The notes beneath the pieces are model-generated. The model searched no databases. It was not told the origin of the DNA and saw nothing but the letters and a program-made list of their open reading frames with translations. Positions 53,088 to 63,485 of a stretch of 64,000 bases of DNA are shown here, in pieces. The DNA lies in contig CAVRUC010000005.1 of NCBI GenBank assembly GCA_963724295.1, positions 277,981 through 341,980 on the forward strand. The letters run 5' to 3'. A program made the position numbers and the translations under genes. This stretch comes from an uncultured Chloroflexia bacterium (GTDB lineage Bacteria; Chloroflexota; Chloroflexia; Thermomicrobiales; UBA6265). Positions within the stretch are counted from its first letter, which is position 1, and every line of letters begins with the position of its first letter.

Positions 53088-53558
53088 ATGCTGACCATGA
53101 GCCAGAAAACGCTACAGCACGTGATGGCGGATCCGGCCGTCGACACGACGCTTACCATGGTGGCGGACATGGTCGGGGTAACCAAAGACATGGCGTCCAA
53201 GATCCTCGAGTCCGGGCTACCCATGCTGGCCAATGTCGCCGACGAGGATCCGTGGGTGTTCAAGGCCACGTTCGCGCAGTCGATCACATTTCTGGCGCCG
53301 CCAACGTCAGCGTTCTATACGAAGCTGGGCAAGGACGTGAAAGCGCGGCAGGCGATGGCGGCCGACTACGAGGCCAACTATGGCCCCATGACCGAGACCA
53401 TCACTCGCGATGCCGCGCAGGAGGCCAGCGCCACCGAGCAGCAGGCCAGCCAGGTGCTCGCCGCGACCATGCCGGTGGCGGTCAAGGCGTTGGGGAAGGC
53501 CAATACCAACAGGAATGAAATGGGCTTCGGACGGCAGTTGCGGAACCTGAACGCCTAG
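53088..53558 (+). CDS. DUF937-like helical protein
   Basis: ILESGLPMLA...VLAATMPVAVKALG pattern; SD gaggag. Confidence 0.55.
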   Translation: MLTMSQKTLQHVMADPAVDTTLTMVADMVGVTKDMASKILESGLPMLANVADEDPWVFKATFAQSITFLAPPTSAFYTKLGKDVKARQAMAADYEANYGPMTETITRDAAQEASATEQQASQVLAATMPVAVKALGKANTNRNEMGFGRQLRNLNA

Positions 53559-53627
53559 ATAGTCCAGTCGCCCAGGGCCATTTGCAGGCGCCGCTCCGAC
53601 TCTACCCGGCTGAAGCGAAGCGCCTGA

Positions 53628-54107
53628 TTAGCGATGCTTCGCCGACGCCGTCGTGTAGTACCCGGTCAGCGTCTCGATGACGAATTGCCGGGAGGGACCG
53701 TCTGCACCGCTCGGGACTTCTTCTTCCTGAGCGTTCCGGTTGTTCCGGTCGCCATAGGCGTAGACCCAATACCACCGCGGTTCGCCGGCGCTGACCCGGG
53801 CCTGGAGCGTGACGTCCAGAAACTTGCCATCCGCGTCTGAAATATCGATGCCGACCCAGGGACCAGTCCGATCGTCCGCGCCATGCTTGAGCGTCGCCGT
53901 CTCGCCCTGCGAATTCAGGTAGGTCGCGAACTGCTCGAACGCTTCGGTCGGCTGCCCCTGGACCAGCTCGCGAACCTTCTGGTACTCATCGATGGAGCGC
54001 TGCTCGCGATCCCGCTTGTCTTTGGCAGCGTCCTGCTTCGCCTGGTTCTTGCGGTCTACGATTGTGGAGATCTCATTCATCCAGGCATCAGGTTCGGTCA
54101 CGGGCAT
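53628..54107 (-). CDS. Hypothetical protein
   Basis: SD gaggag before MPVTEPDAW; coiled N-terminus, alpha/beta C-terminus. Confidence 0.65.
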   Translation of the reverse strand: MPVTEPDAWMNEISTIVDRKNQAKQDAAKDKRDREQRSIDEYQKVRELVQGQPTEAFEQFATYLNSQGETATLKHGADDRTGPWVGIDISDADGKFLDVTLQARVSAGEPRWYWVYAYGDRNNRNAQEEEVPSGADGPSRQFVIETLTGYYTTASAKHR

Positions 54108-54256
54108 CTCCTCGTTCTTGGGTGATTGCCTGAGGAGTATAGGCGGGGCGCACGCTCTGTTGAGCAGCGAGCCCCTCTCCCTGCGCACTGGGCCGGGTAC
54201 CCTCTGGGTGGCGGTTGGGGTGAGGGCAATTTCGAGCAGCCTCGCAATCAGCGGGT

Positions 54257-54613
54257 TCAGCCAGAATCGGCCTCGTTGAGCAGCTCCGCGACACGGACTT
54301 GAAGACGCGGAAGCTTGTGCTGAACGATGTCCCAGACAATCTCGTCGTCAACCGCGTCGTAGCCGTGAATGACCCTGTTTCGCAAGCCCACAATCTGCCG
54401 CAGCTCCGGAACTCGATCGACTAGCCGAGGCTCCAGGACCGCCGCCCGGCTGAGTGCCTCACCAATGATGCCGAGGCGGCGCTCGACCGCATCTCGCACC
54501 ATGACGTTGTGTTCGTATTCGTAGGTAGCGAAGTCGAGTCCCGCCGTGTACTGGCTAATCGCTTGGCAGGAGAGCAGCACGTCAAGCAGCCGCTGGCGAG
54601 TCTCGTTCGTCAT
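54257..54613 (-). CDS. HEPN (DUF86/HepT-like) RNase toxin
   Basis: AVERRL.IIGEA, RNRVIHGY (Rx4HxY), IVWDIV. Confidence 0.9.
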   Translation of the reverse strand: MTNETRQRLLDVLLSCQAISQYTAGLDFATYEYEHNVMVRDAVERRLGIIGEALSRAAVLEPRLVDRVPELRQIVGLRNRVIHGYDAVDDEIVWDIVQHKLPRLQVRVAELLNEADSG

Positions 54614-54910
54614 AGATAGCCTCGCGCGAGGCCTCGACGGCCTGCCGAAAGTAAGGATTGCGGATCGAGCGCTCGGTGATGACGTCGACGGAACGATCGA
54701 ATAGCGCCTCTAGCGCCTCCGCGAAGCCGAGATAGCGGTCGGCGTAGCCGGGCGAGTGCGAATCGGCGAACGTGGCGACGAAGTCGAGGTCGCTCTCCTT
54801 GGATCGAAAGCACCCGTCGTCGCAGAGCCAAACAGGTCGAGATGGCGGACGCCGTACTGCTGACAAAGGGTCCGGATCGCGCTACGGTGCTGTTCGATCA
54901 ATTCGTTCAT
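54582..54910 (-). CDS. Minimal nucleotidyltransferase (MNT) antitoxin; frameshift near 54805
   Basis: LFGSATTG.F / SDLDF, VDVIT..SIRNPYF. Confidence 0.85.
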
Positions 54911-55106
54911 CCGGCGCGCCTTTCATACGTGGTTCTTCACGTCGCACATTGGACCATCGCTGCACGGTCCATTCTATGAGTCGGAGCGCACTCCGTCTGC
55001 ACGCATGAAGGTTTGAACGCTCAATGGGCTGTCCTCGGTCGCGCATTGCAGCCAAGGACCGCTATCATCCCGCCGCTGAATTTGAGCCTCTGAGAAGGAG
55101 TATTGC

Positions 55107-55883
55107 TTGACCGCTATTCGCGTTGGGATCCAGATCCAGCAGCAACACGCCACGTACGAGCAGATCCGGCGGGCCTGGCAGGAAGTGGATGCCAGCGGCG
55201 CCGATACGCTGTTCAACTGGGACCACTTCTTTCCGCTCTCGGGTGATCTGAATGGGACGCACCTCGACAATTGGACCGCGCTGGGGGCGATGGCCGAGGT
55301 GACGGAGCGGGTCGAGATCGGCTGCCTGGTGGCCGCCAACAGCTACCGTAACCCGAACTTGCTCGCCGACATGGCCCGCACGCTGGACCACATCTCCGGC
55401 GGTCGCTTCATCCTGGGTATCGGCAGCGGCTGGAATGAGCGCGATTACGAGGAGTATGGCTACGAGTTCGGTACGGCGGCCTCGCGCCTGCGCGATCTGG
55501 ATCGCGACATGCCGGTGATCGTGGACCGGCTGGCGAAGCTGAATCCGGGTCCGCTGCGCGAGCCGTTCCCGATTCTGATCGGCGGGAGCGGGGAGAAGGT
55601 GACGCTGCGTATCGTCGCCCAGTACGCCACGATCTGGAACGGTCAGGGGGAGCCGGAGGAGCTGGCACGGAAGAACCGGGTCCTCGACGAGTGGTGCGCC
55701 AGGGTTGGCCGGGATCCGAAGGAGATCGAGCGCTCGGCGCAGATCTTTGGTGCGCAGCTCGACAGGCTCGACGACTACCTGGCGGCGGGGATTACCCACC
55801 TCATCGGCGAGTCACCTGGACCGGATTACGATCTCGCTTCGCTGCATAAGCTCATCGCCTGGCGCGACAGGCATGGTAACTGA
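55107..55883 (+). CDS. LLM-class, probably F420-dependent, oxidoreductase
   Basis: FNWDHFFPL, NSYRNPNLLADMARTLDHISGGR, IGGSGEKVTLR. Confidence 0.9.
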   Translation: MTAIRVGIQIQQQHATYEQIRRAWQEVDASGADTLFNWDHFFPLSGDLNGTHLDNWTALGAMAEVTERVEIGCLVAANSYRNPNLLADMARTLDHISGGRFILGIGSGWNERDYEEYGYEFGTAASRLRDLDRDMPVIVDRLAKLNPGPLREPFPILIGGSGEKVTLRIVAQYATIWNGQGEPEELARKNRVLDEWCARVGRDPKEIERSAQIFGAQLDRLDDYLAAGITHLIGESPGPDYDLASLHKLIAWRDRHGN

Positions 55884-55942
55884 GCGATTTCGTATGCGGT
55901 GAGCGGATTTTTGATAGCCGGTGCATCGGGGAGGATGGGCGC

Positions 55943-55966
55943 GGGCGACGCAGGCGTCGCCCCTAC
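55943..55966 (-). repeat. GTAG-type REP palindrome, copy 1
   Basis: Minus strand GTAGGGGCGACGCCTGCGTCGCCC. Confidence 0.85.
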
Positions 55967-56050
55967 AGGGCTGGCGTCACGAGGCTTTTGAATCTCCTGA
56001 AAAAGGGGGTCCTGTGCCGCTCGGTGCGAGCCGGCACAGGACCCGGATGG

Positions 56051-56428
56051 TCAGGACTTGGATTCGTCGGTGGCCAGGGCGGGCTCGGCTTCGGGGACGG
56101 GAGCGGCGGGTAGGTGCTCTTGCAGCAGGCGGGCGATGGCTGTGGGTGGGACGCCGCCCTGGAGCTTGCCGACCGGTTCGCCGTCCTTGTAGAGGACGAC
56201 GGTGGGGAGCACCAGGACGCTGTGCTTGAGGGCCTGGTCCTGGTTGTCGTCGATGTTGATCTTGACGATCTTCAGGTCGTCGCGCTCGCCGCTGAGCTGG
56301 TCGAGCACGGCGCCAACGGTGCGGCAGGGAGCGCACCAGGGAGCCCAGAAGTCGACGAGGACCGGCTTGTCTGATTGAACGACCTCCGCCTCGAAGGTCG
56401 CGTCGGTGATTTCTTGTGCATTCGCCAC
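56051..56428 (-). CDS. trxA: Thioredoxin
   Basis: VLVDFWAPWCAPC. Confidence 0.93.
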   Translation of the reverse strand: MANAQEITDATFEAEVVQSDKPVLVDFWAPWCAPCRTVGAVLDQLSGERDDLKIVKINIDDNQDQALKHSVLVLPTVVLYKDGEPVGKLQGGVPPTAIARLLQEHLPAAPVPEAEPALATDESKS

Positions 56429-56588
56429 GCGGCGTTCCTCCCGTCCCGTCCGGGACGCCTAATACTTCCCAAATGATAGCAAAGGCGTCAAGGGGCGATG
56501 ATCGACCTGTCCCTCGCGCTCTTTGCGAACGCGGGCAGCGGGAGCGGGACGCACGCATCGTAGCATCGCCGCGACCCGCCGGACATCC

Positions 56589-57807
56589 CTACCCGATCGG
56601 CTGACAGCCGGAATAGAAGAAGATGTCGATCGAGGCTTCCCCGAATGGATCGGTGTTGGGCAGCGCGAACAGCTCCACGCCGGTCGCCTCGGTGAAGACC
56701 TCCGGCCGGACGTCGCGCAGGAGGCTCTTCGACGCGGCGGGCCAGCTCCACGCCTTCGTCGATCTCCGGCGCCTTGCCGCTGATGAGGGCGAACCCGGCG
56801 CGGCAGCCAACCGGGTAACGCGAGAGCTGGGTGCTGAGTGCGTTGCGCGCGTCCTCGAGCGCCTCCTGATCGTTGGCCAGCATCCCCTGCAGGTCGGTCT
56901 GGATGGTGATCGTCTGCCGGTTCGGATCGAGCACGGAGTTGGCGGCGACGACCGCCAGCGCCGTGGCGGTTACCTGGGCGTTGGCCTGTTGGACCTGCAG
57001 GGACGCGAGCTCCGTGGCGCGCGCGGCGGCGGCCGCCTGGGCGGTGGCCAGCTCGTTGGCGCCGCTGGCCGCGTTCTCGGTGGCGATCGCGGCGACGTTC
57101 GCCGCTTCGGTGGCCTGGGCCGCCTCGCGCGTGGCGAGGGCGTCGATGGTGGCCTGGGCGGAGATCGCGGCTTCGGTGGCCAGGGCGGCGGCTTGGGCCG
57201 CTTCACGGGCCAGCTCGTCGAGGCTCTGGTCGCTGGCGGCTTGCTCGGTGGCGTAGGCGGAGAGGGTGGCCTCGGCGGCGAGCGCGGCGCTGGTGGCCTG
57301 AGCCGCTTCGGTGGCGCGCTCCTCGGCGCTCATGGCGGCCAGGGTCGCCTGGGCGGCGGCGGTGGCGGTGGCCTGCTGGTTGAGGAGGGCGTTCTGGGTG
57401 GCCCGCGCTTCGGCGGTGGCGATCTCCGATTCCGAGCGGGCCGCTTCGGTGGCCTGCGTCCTTTCCCGCGCCTGGGCGGTGGCGAGCTCGTCTTCCCGTG
57501 ACAGGACCTCCGCGTTGAGGGCTTCGGCGGTGCGGGCGGCGGAGATGGCCTGGGCGGTGGCGACGGCGTCGAGGGCGGCGAGATCGGCGGCGGCGAGGGC
57601 CTGCCCGGTGGAGAGAGCGGCGATCGTGGCGCGGGAGGTGGCCAGCAGGTTCGGCGTCGGTAGTGGTGTGGGGGTGGGCGCCGGGGAGCCGACGGTGTTG
57701 GCGGTGAAGAAGAGCATGGCCAGACCGAGCAGCAGGTCGGCGAAGATCCAGCCGCCGAGGGCGATCATGTCGCGCTGGCCGCCCGGGTTGGTGCGCCGGC
57801 GTTTCAT
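56589..57807 (-). CDS. MotB/ZorB-like single-TM protein with Ala/Thr stalk; frameshift near 56730
   Basis: GWIFADLLLGLAMLFF TM helix with Asp; ATQAA/ATEAA repeats; C-terminal alpha/beta domain continues in frame 56589..56810. Confidence 0.65.
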
Positions 57808-57829
57808 GGGGAGCGCCGCGGGGTGGGGC

Positions 57830-57853
57830 GGGCGACGCGGGCGTCGCCCCTAC
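57830..57853 (-). repeat. GTAG-type REP palindrome, copy 2
   Basis: gggcgacgcgggcgtcgcccctac. Confidence 0.85.
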
Positions 57854-57897
57854 GGCCGTTCATTCGCGCTGCGATGCAGAGACCGTCCGGTCATCCG

Positions 57898-59532
57898 CTA
57901 GGAGCGGCGGCGCGGCCAGAGCCGCTCCGGGTCCAGGCGGCCGGGCGGCGGGGGCTCCTCGGCGTCGCTGCTCGGGCCGCGACCGAGACTCTGGATGACT
58001 CGTTCCAGGCGTTCGATGAGGGTGCCCACGTTCTGGGAAACCTCGTCCTGGCGCTGCGCGGTGCGCATGGAGATGGTGGAGATATCGCGCGCGACCTGCG
58101 AGAGGCCGGTGGCGATCGATGCCTGCTCCTCGAGGAGGCTGCTCAGCGTTTGGGCCTGTCCGGCGGTGCCGGAGGCGAGGCGACCCAGCTCGTCCCGCAG
58201 TCCGCTCAGCCCATCTTCGATCTCGCCCAGGGTGCGAGCACTGGCGGCGATGCCGCCGGCGTTGCCGCGCATGGCCTCGGCCAGCCGGCTGTTGGCCTCG
58301 GCTTCGGCGGCGATGGCGTGCTCGGCGCGCGTCTGACTGGTGGCCAGATCCTGGGCAATGGCGCCGATGCCGCGCACGGCTTCGGTGGCGACGCGCGAGG
58401 CCTGGGCGGCGGCATCGGCGCCGGCGATCCCCTTGTCGGCGGCTTCGACGAGCGCCTCGGCGGCCGACGCGATCTGGCGCGTCAGGGTCTGGTCGCTCTG
58501 CAAATTGGCGACGGTGAGCTGCTCGAGGCCCTGCACGGCCTTGAGCAGCGTGCGGCCCTGGTCAACCGAGGAGCTGACTTCGGAGGTGAGGTCTTCGAGC
58601 GCGGTTGAGAGCCCGGAGGAGACCTGCCGCAACTCGACCAGGAGACGGTGCGTCTCTTCGGCCCCGGCTCGCATGCCGGAGGCGAAGACGCCGAAGTCGG
58701 CGAACTCGCGCTCGCGGCGGGTGGCGAGCTGCTCCAGGCGATCGTGCTCGACCCGGATGCGAGTGAGAAGCTCCTGGGAGTTCTGCTCGAAGCGGTCGAC
58801 GAGACGCTCGATGCCGCGCGCCAGCAGGGCGGGGCGGCTGCCACGGTCGACGGCGAGGACGACCGATGCTTCGGCGATGACGTTGTCGATGTCGGACTGG
58901 AAGCGCTCGGCGGTCTGGTCGATCTTCTCCTCGCGCGCTTCGCGCCGGCCATGGGAATAGAGGGTCAGGCCGATGATGATGGCGATCAGCACGGCGTCGA
59001 TCAGGGCCACCATCGAGAAGCTCGGCGCGAAGGGGCTGGCCTGTCCGCCGAAACCGCGTTCCCAGAGCAGGAGGAACGGCTGACGGACCTCGTCCGGGCT
59101 GAGAGCCAGATACCGGTCGTAGGCTCTGGACGCTTCCGCCAGGGCGAACCAGGTGAGGAGAATCGGAACCAGGACGAGAACGTTGCGCAGCCGGTCGGCG
59201 CCGGCGATCGTCGAGTGGGCGTAGCCACCCTCGCGCTCGAGGGCCAGGGCGTAGGCCAGGCGCTCGGTGTTGAACACGCGCCGCAGATCGACCTCGGCCC
59301 AGCGCTGGCGGCCTTCGTCGGTGGCGACCGCTCGCGCCAGACCGCGCATGCGGTCGGCGGCACGGCTATCGACGGGTTCCAGGGTGCCGGCCATCTCCTC
59401 GAGATGCTCGGCGAGCTGGGCTCGCTCGCCGGAGCCCGTGGTGGGTCCCGCGTTCCGGTCGGAACGGAAGTCGGCGGTCACGTCGGGACGGACCGGGGTG
59501 ATCACCCCGCCAGCCGGAGGGATATCCGGCAT
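57898..59532 (-). CDS. MotA/ZorA-like membrane protein with long coiled-coil tail
   Basis: TMs VLVLVPILLTWFAL and VALIDAVLIAIIIGL, then more than 300 aa of heptad-rich helix; directly upstream of the MotB-like gene. Confidence 0.6.
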   Translation of the reverse strand: MPDIPPAGGVITPVRPDVTADFRSDRNAGPTTGSGERAQLAEHLEEMAGTLEPVDSRAADRMRGLARAVATDEGRQRWAEVDLRRVFNTERLAYALALEREGGYAHSTIAGADRLRNVLVLVPILLTWFALAEASRAYDRYLALSPDEVRQPFLLLWERGFGGQASPFAPSFSMVALIDAVLIAIIIGLTLYSHGRREAREEKIDQTAERFQSDIDNVIAEASVVLAVDRGSRPALLARGIERLVDRFEQNSQELLTRIRVEHDRLEQLATRREREFADFGVFASGMRAGAEETHRLLVELRQVSSGLSTALEDLTSEVSSSVDQGRTLLKAVQGLEQLTVANLQSDQTLTRQIASAAEALVEAADKGIAGADAAAQASRVATEAVRGIGAIAQDLATSQTRAEHAIAAEAEANSRLAEAMRGNAGGIAASARTLGEIEDGLSGLRDELGRLASGTAGQAQTLSSLLEEQASIATGLSQVARDISTISMRTAQRQDEVSQNVGTLIERLERVIQSLGRGPSSDAEEPPPPGRLDPERLWPRRRS

Positions 59533-59771
59533 GGACCTCTCCACGGTTTCAGGAGCGCGTCGTCGTTGCAAGGCTGACCTCTGCTACCGGGTTGGGCATG
59601 TACACTCGGGGGCGCTGGAGACCCGCGGTGGCGTGGGGCCCGCCGGCCCTCCCTCCAGTATGAGCCGGAAAAACCCTCCGGGGCGAGTGTCCGTACGGAC
59701 TGTACCACTCCCGTGTGGCCCACAGCACTCGCGGCGGGCCGCTGACATCGTCTCGATTCCAGGATTTGCCG

Positions 59772-62121
59772 ATGACCATCGTCTCCGATCTCGACGCGGC
59801 CATGATGCAGCCAGCACGTTCCGTTCCAGCGGTGCGCCGCCTGGGCGGCGGTCTGGTCCGCATGAACGACGCGGGCCGGCCAGTGCGTGTGGTGGGCCGC
59901 GACGCCGTTATTTACGAACTGCGGACCCCAACTGGACGCATTCTGGTGCTGCGCTGCTTCCTGCGACCGGATGCAGAGCGCGATCGGGCGGTCGCCCAGC
60001 GGTATGACGCGCTGCGGGGCGACCCGCATCTGGGGCATTTGCGAGGCCCGAGCGGCGCTCTGCCGCGGGACATCCAGTGGATCGCGGAAGGGGTCACCCT
60101 GGCGGGAACGGACCTGCGGCAGGTGACGGCACCGCTGGTGGCGATGGAGCGCGTTCCGGGACGGACCCTGCTGCAGACGGTCGACCGGCTGTGCCGCGAG
60201 GGACAGGGCGAACCGCTGGCGCTGCTGGCCGATGTCTGGCTGGCGACCGCGACGGCACTGGAGGAAAGCGGCTTCGTGCACGGGGATCTGGCCCCGGACA
60301 ATCTCATGGTGCGCCCCGATGGCTCGATCGCGCTGGTCGATCTCGATACGGCGACGTGGCCATCGTTCACGGGCGCCGCGGCTCCGGTTGCCAGCAACCC
60401 CGCGTACGCGCACCCGCGCGGCGCCGCGCACGACGGCGCGAGACGGGACCGGTTTCCGGCGCTGGTGCTGTGGGCGTCGCTGCGGATTCTGGCCCGGCAT
60501 CCCGGTCTGCGGGAGCGCTGGGGGGATCGACCCGAGCAGGATGGCGCGGCGCTGCTCTGGTCCCGGGACGACCTGAGGCGTCCAACGCGCTCCGCCCTCT
60601 TTGCCGCTCTCGAGGCCCTGGACATGGAGTCGGATGGCGAAGCGCTCGACCCGCTGCTGGAAGTCGTGCGCCGCGCGATTCGCTTCTCGCCGGATGAGAC
60701 ACCGCCCCTGGCCGAGATCGCGGAGCGGCTGGAGGGGATGGGGTTCGCGCGCAGCCGCGGCACGGGGAGGACCGCGTTCGGGCGGCGGTCGCCGCGGCCG
60801 GGCACCGCTCGAGATGCCGCCGGTGCAGCACGAGCCGGCTCTCGAGTCTGACGGTGTCGACGGCATGTGGGACGACCCCTTCCCGGGATTCCGCCGCGTC
60901 GAACGAGACGGGCCCTTTACCGATGCCTCGCACACGACGACCCTCTCCGAGCGGGAACGGCGGCGGAGCGCGGCGCGGGAGCTGGGGGCGGCCATTGCCG
61001 CGCGCGACACGGCGCGGGCTGTGGAGCTGTGGGAGACGTCGCGCACCGTGCCCGAGACGGCGACCTACGCCGCGGCCGTGCATCTGCTGGTGTCGCGTGA
61101 CGCTGTGGCGGCGATCGAGCGGGCACTGCGCCGCAAGGACGACGATGGGCTGGTGGCGGCCGTGGCCGAGGCGGAGCGGGCGGGTGTGGCGCCGCCGCCG
61201 GAGGCGAGGACGGCGGTCCGCGCCGCACGGCAGCGGATCGCGGCGCGCATCGCCCTGCGCGAGGCGATGGGCCGCGGCGAGTATCACGGTCTGGCGGGAC
61301 TGGCCTGCTCGGGCGAGCTCGATTGCCTGGGACGGCTGGAGCCGGCCCAAGCCCGCGCGGTGGACCGGGCGCTGGCCTGGGCCGCGGTGGAACGCGCGCT
61401 GGTGAGTGATGACGACGCCGCGATTGCCGCCGCGGTCGATCCGGAGCTGTGGCGGGAAGAGGGTTCGCTGCCACCGGCGGCTCGGCAGCGGATCGATCTG
61501 GCGCGAAGCCGCATGCGCTGGGCGGAAGACGTGAGGGGGGCGCTGAAACGGCGCGACGGCCTGGCGTTGCGCCGCCTGGTGGAGAGCCCGCCGCCGGAGG
61601 CGGAGTCGCAGCTGACGGACGTCGAGATCCGCCGCATCGAGCGCGCCTCGACGCGGGAGGCGGCGGTGAGCCGGCTGGAGCGGGCGCTGCGGGAGGGACC
61701 GGATCGCGAGGTCGTCGCGGCGCTGGCGGAGTTCGAGTCGGCGGGAGCGCCATTTTCCGATGTGCTCGATTGGACGGCGGTGCGGGGTGTTGTCGATCGC
61801 ATCTCCCTGGCGGAGGCGCTGCGCGAGGCCGTGACGGCGGATCCTCCGGATGCCGCGCAGCTGGCACGCCTGCTGCCGGCGGCGCGCGCCGCACTGGGCG
61901 ATCGCGGCATGGCGGGTGAACCGGACTGGTCCGCGCTCGAGCAATCGGTGCTGCGCGCGGCGCATCTGGCGCGGCTGCGCGAGGCGCTGGCCGACGGCGA
62001 CGAGGCGCGCATCGCGTTCGCCGCCGTGCCGGATCCGTATGGCGCGCTGAGCCTGCTGACGCCGGAAGAGATGGAGCGGGTAGAGAGCGCGATGCAGCGC
62101 CGGCCCCGGCACGCGGAGTAG
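59772..62121 (+). CDS. Protein-kinase-like domain + alpha-helical repeats; frameshift near 60750-60810
   Basis: VLRCF, AMERVPG, HGDLAPDNLMV, LVDLD, YAHP, DRFPAL; repeats L..AL...DD..I..A. Confidence 0.75.
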
Positions 62122-62170
62122 GTGCGTGGCTAGCGGGTGTTCGAGAATCGTTGCACAGTGAGGTGGGCGC

Positions 62171-62194
62171 GGGCGACGCAGGCGTCGCCCCTAC
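62171..62194 (-). repeat. GTAG-type REP palindrome, copy 3
   Basis: gggcgacgcaggcgtcgcccctac. Confidence 0.85.
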
Positions 62195-62251
62195 GAGGCC
62201 CAGGATGTAATCGCGGGCACGGCCTGCTAGCGACCTTTGTGTTCGCCCGGT

Positions 62252-63414
62252 TTACGCTTTCTCTGGTGCTGCCCAGTCGTGGGTCTCGACGCTGCGCTCG
62301 ACGGCGTCGAGGATGGCCTGCACGGCGAATCCCTCTTCGAAGGTTGGGCCGGGGTTGACGCCTTTGCCGATCCCCTGCAGCAGGTCGTGGATGGCGTGGA
62401 TAAAGGTGTGCTCGTAGCCGATGATGTGCCCGGCGGGCCACCAGTGCGCGGTGTAGGGGTGCACCCCCTCGGTGACGTTGATGGTGCGGAAACCCTGCAA
62501 TCCCGCCGGATCATCCTCGAAATAGACCTGCAGCTCGTTCATGCGCTCGAGGTTGAAGGAGATCGAGCCTTTCGAGCCGTTGACCTCGAAGCTATTGAAG
62601 TTGCGCCGTCCCGGGGCCAGCCGGGTCGCTTCGAAGGTGCCGCTGGCCCCGCTTTCGAAGCGCGCCAGGAAGGTGGTCGAGTCGTCGACGGTGACTTCGC
62701 CCATCTCGGTGCCCGACTCGGCCGTCAGTCCCGCGCCGCCGCCGGACTCGGTCGCTACCGGACGCTCCTTGATGAAGGTCGACATCGTGCCGACGACTTC
62801 GGCGATCGGGCCGACGAGGTAGAGGCCGAGATCGGTGATGTGGGCGGCGATATCGCCGAGGGCGCCGGAGCCGGCAAGCTCCTTTTTCAGGCGCCAGACG
62901 AGGGGGAAGTTGGGATCGGTAATCCAGTCCTGGAGATAGACCGCTCGCCAGTGGCGCACCTCGCCAATTGCTCCGTCGTCGATCAGCTTCTTGGCGAATT
63001 GGACCGCGGGAACCTTGCGGTAGTTGTAGTTGACGGTGGCGATGACGCCGGACTTGCGGGCCGCATCCAGCATCTCCGCGCCTCGGCGAGGTTGTTGGCC
63101 AGCGGTTTCTCGCAGATGACATGCTTGCCCGCCGCGAGCGCGGCCAGCACGACGTCCTTGTGGGTATCGCCCGGGGTCGAGACGTCGACGAGCTGGATAT
63201 CGGGCCGCTGGACCAGGGCGTGGTAGTCGGTCTCGTAGCCGTCCCAGCCGAGCGTCTCGGCCGCTTCCTTCACGCCAGACTCGTCGCGTCCGCAGATGGC
63301 GACCATCCGCGGTCGCGGATCGACGTCGAAGAAATGGGCGACCTGCCGGTAGGCATTCGAGTGCGCCCGGCCCATGAATTTGTAGCCTACGAGGCCGATA
63401 CCGAGTTGGGACAC
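62252..63414 (-). CDS. Gfo/Idh/MocA oxidoreductase; frameshift near 63078
   Basis: GLVGYKFMGRAHS, CEKPLA, YLQDW, GSGALGDIAAHITD. Confidence 0.92.
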
Positions 63415-63435
63415 GTTGGGCTCCTTTCAGCTCTC

Positions 63436-63468
63436 AGTCGAGAAGTCGAGTAGTCGAGAAGTCGAGGA
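63436..63468. repeat. Left arm: 4 x AGTCGAGN
   Basis: agtcgaga agtcgagt agtcgaga agtcgagg. Confidence 0.9.
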
Positions 63469-63485
63469 GGGACCCGATTCCTCGA

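Noticed and set aside
57898..59532. Methyl-accepting chemotaxis receptor
   Set aside because: No conserved MCP hairpin-tip signature and no che genes; the MotB-like neighbour fits better.
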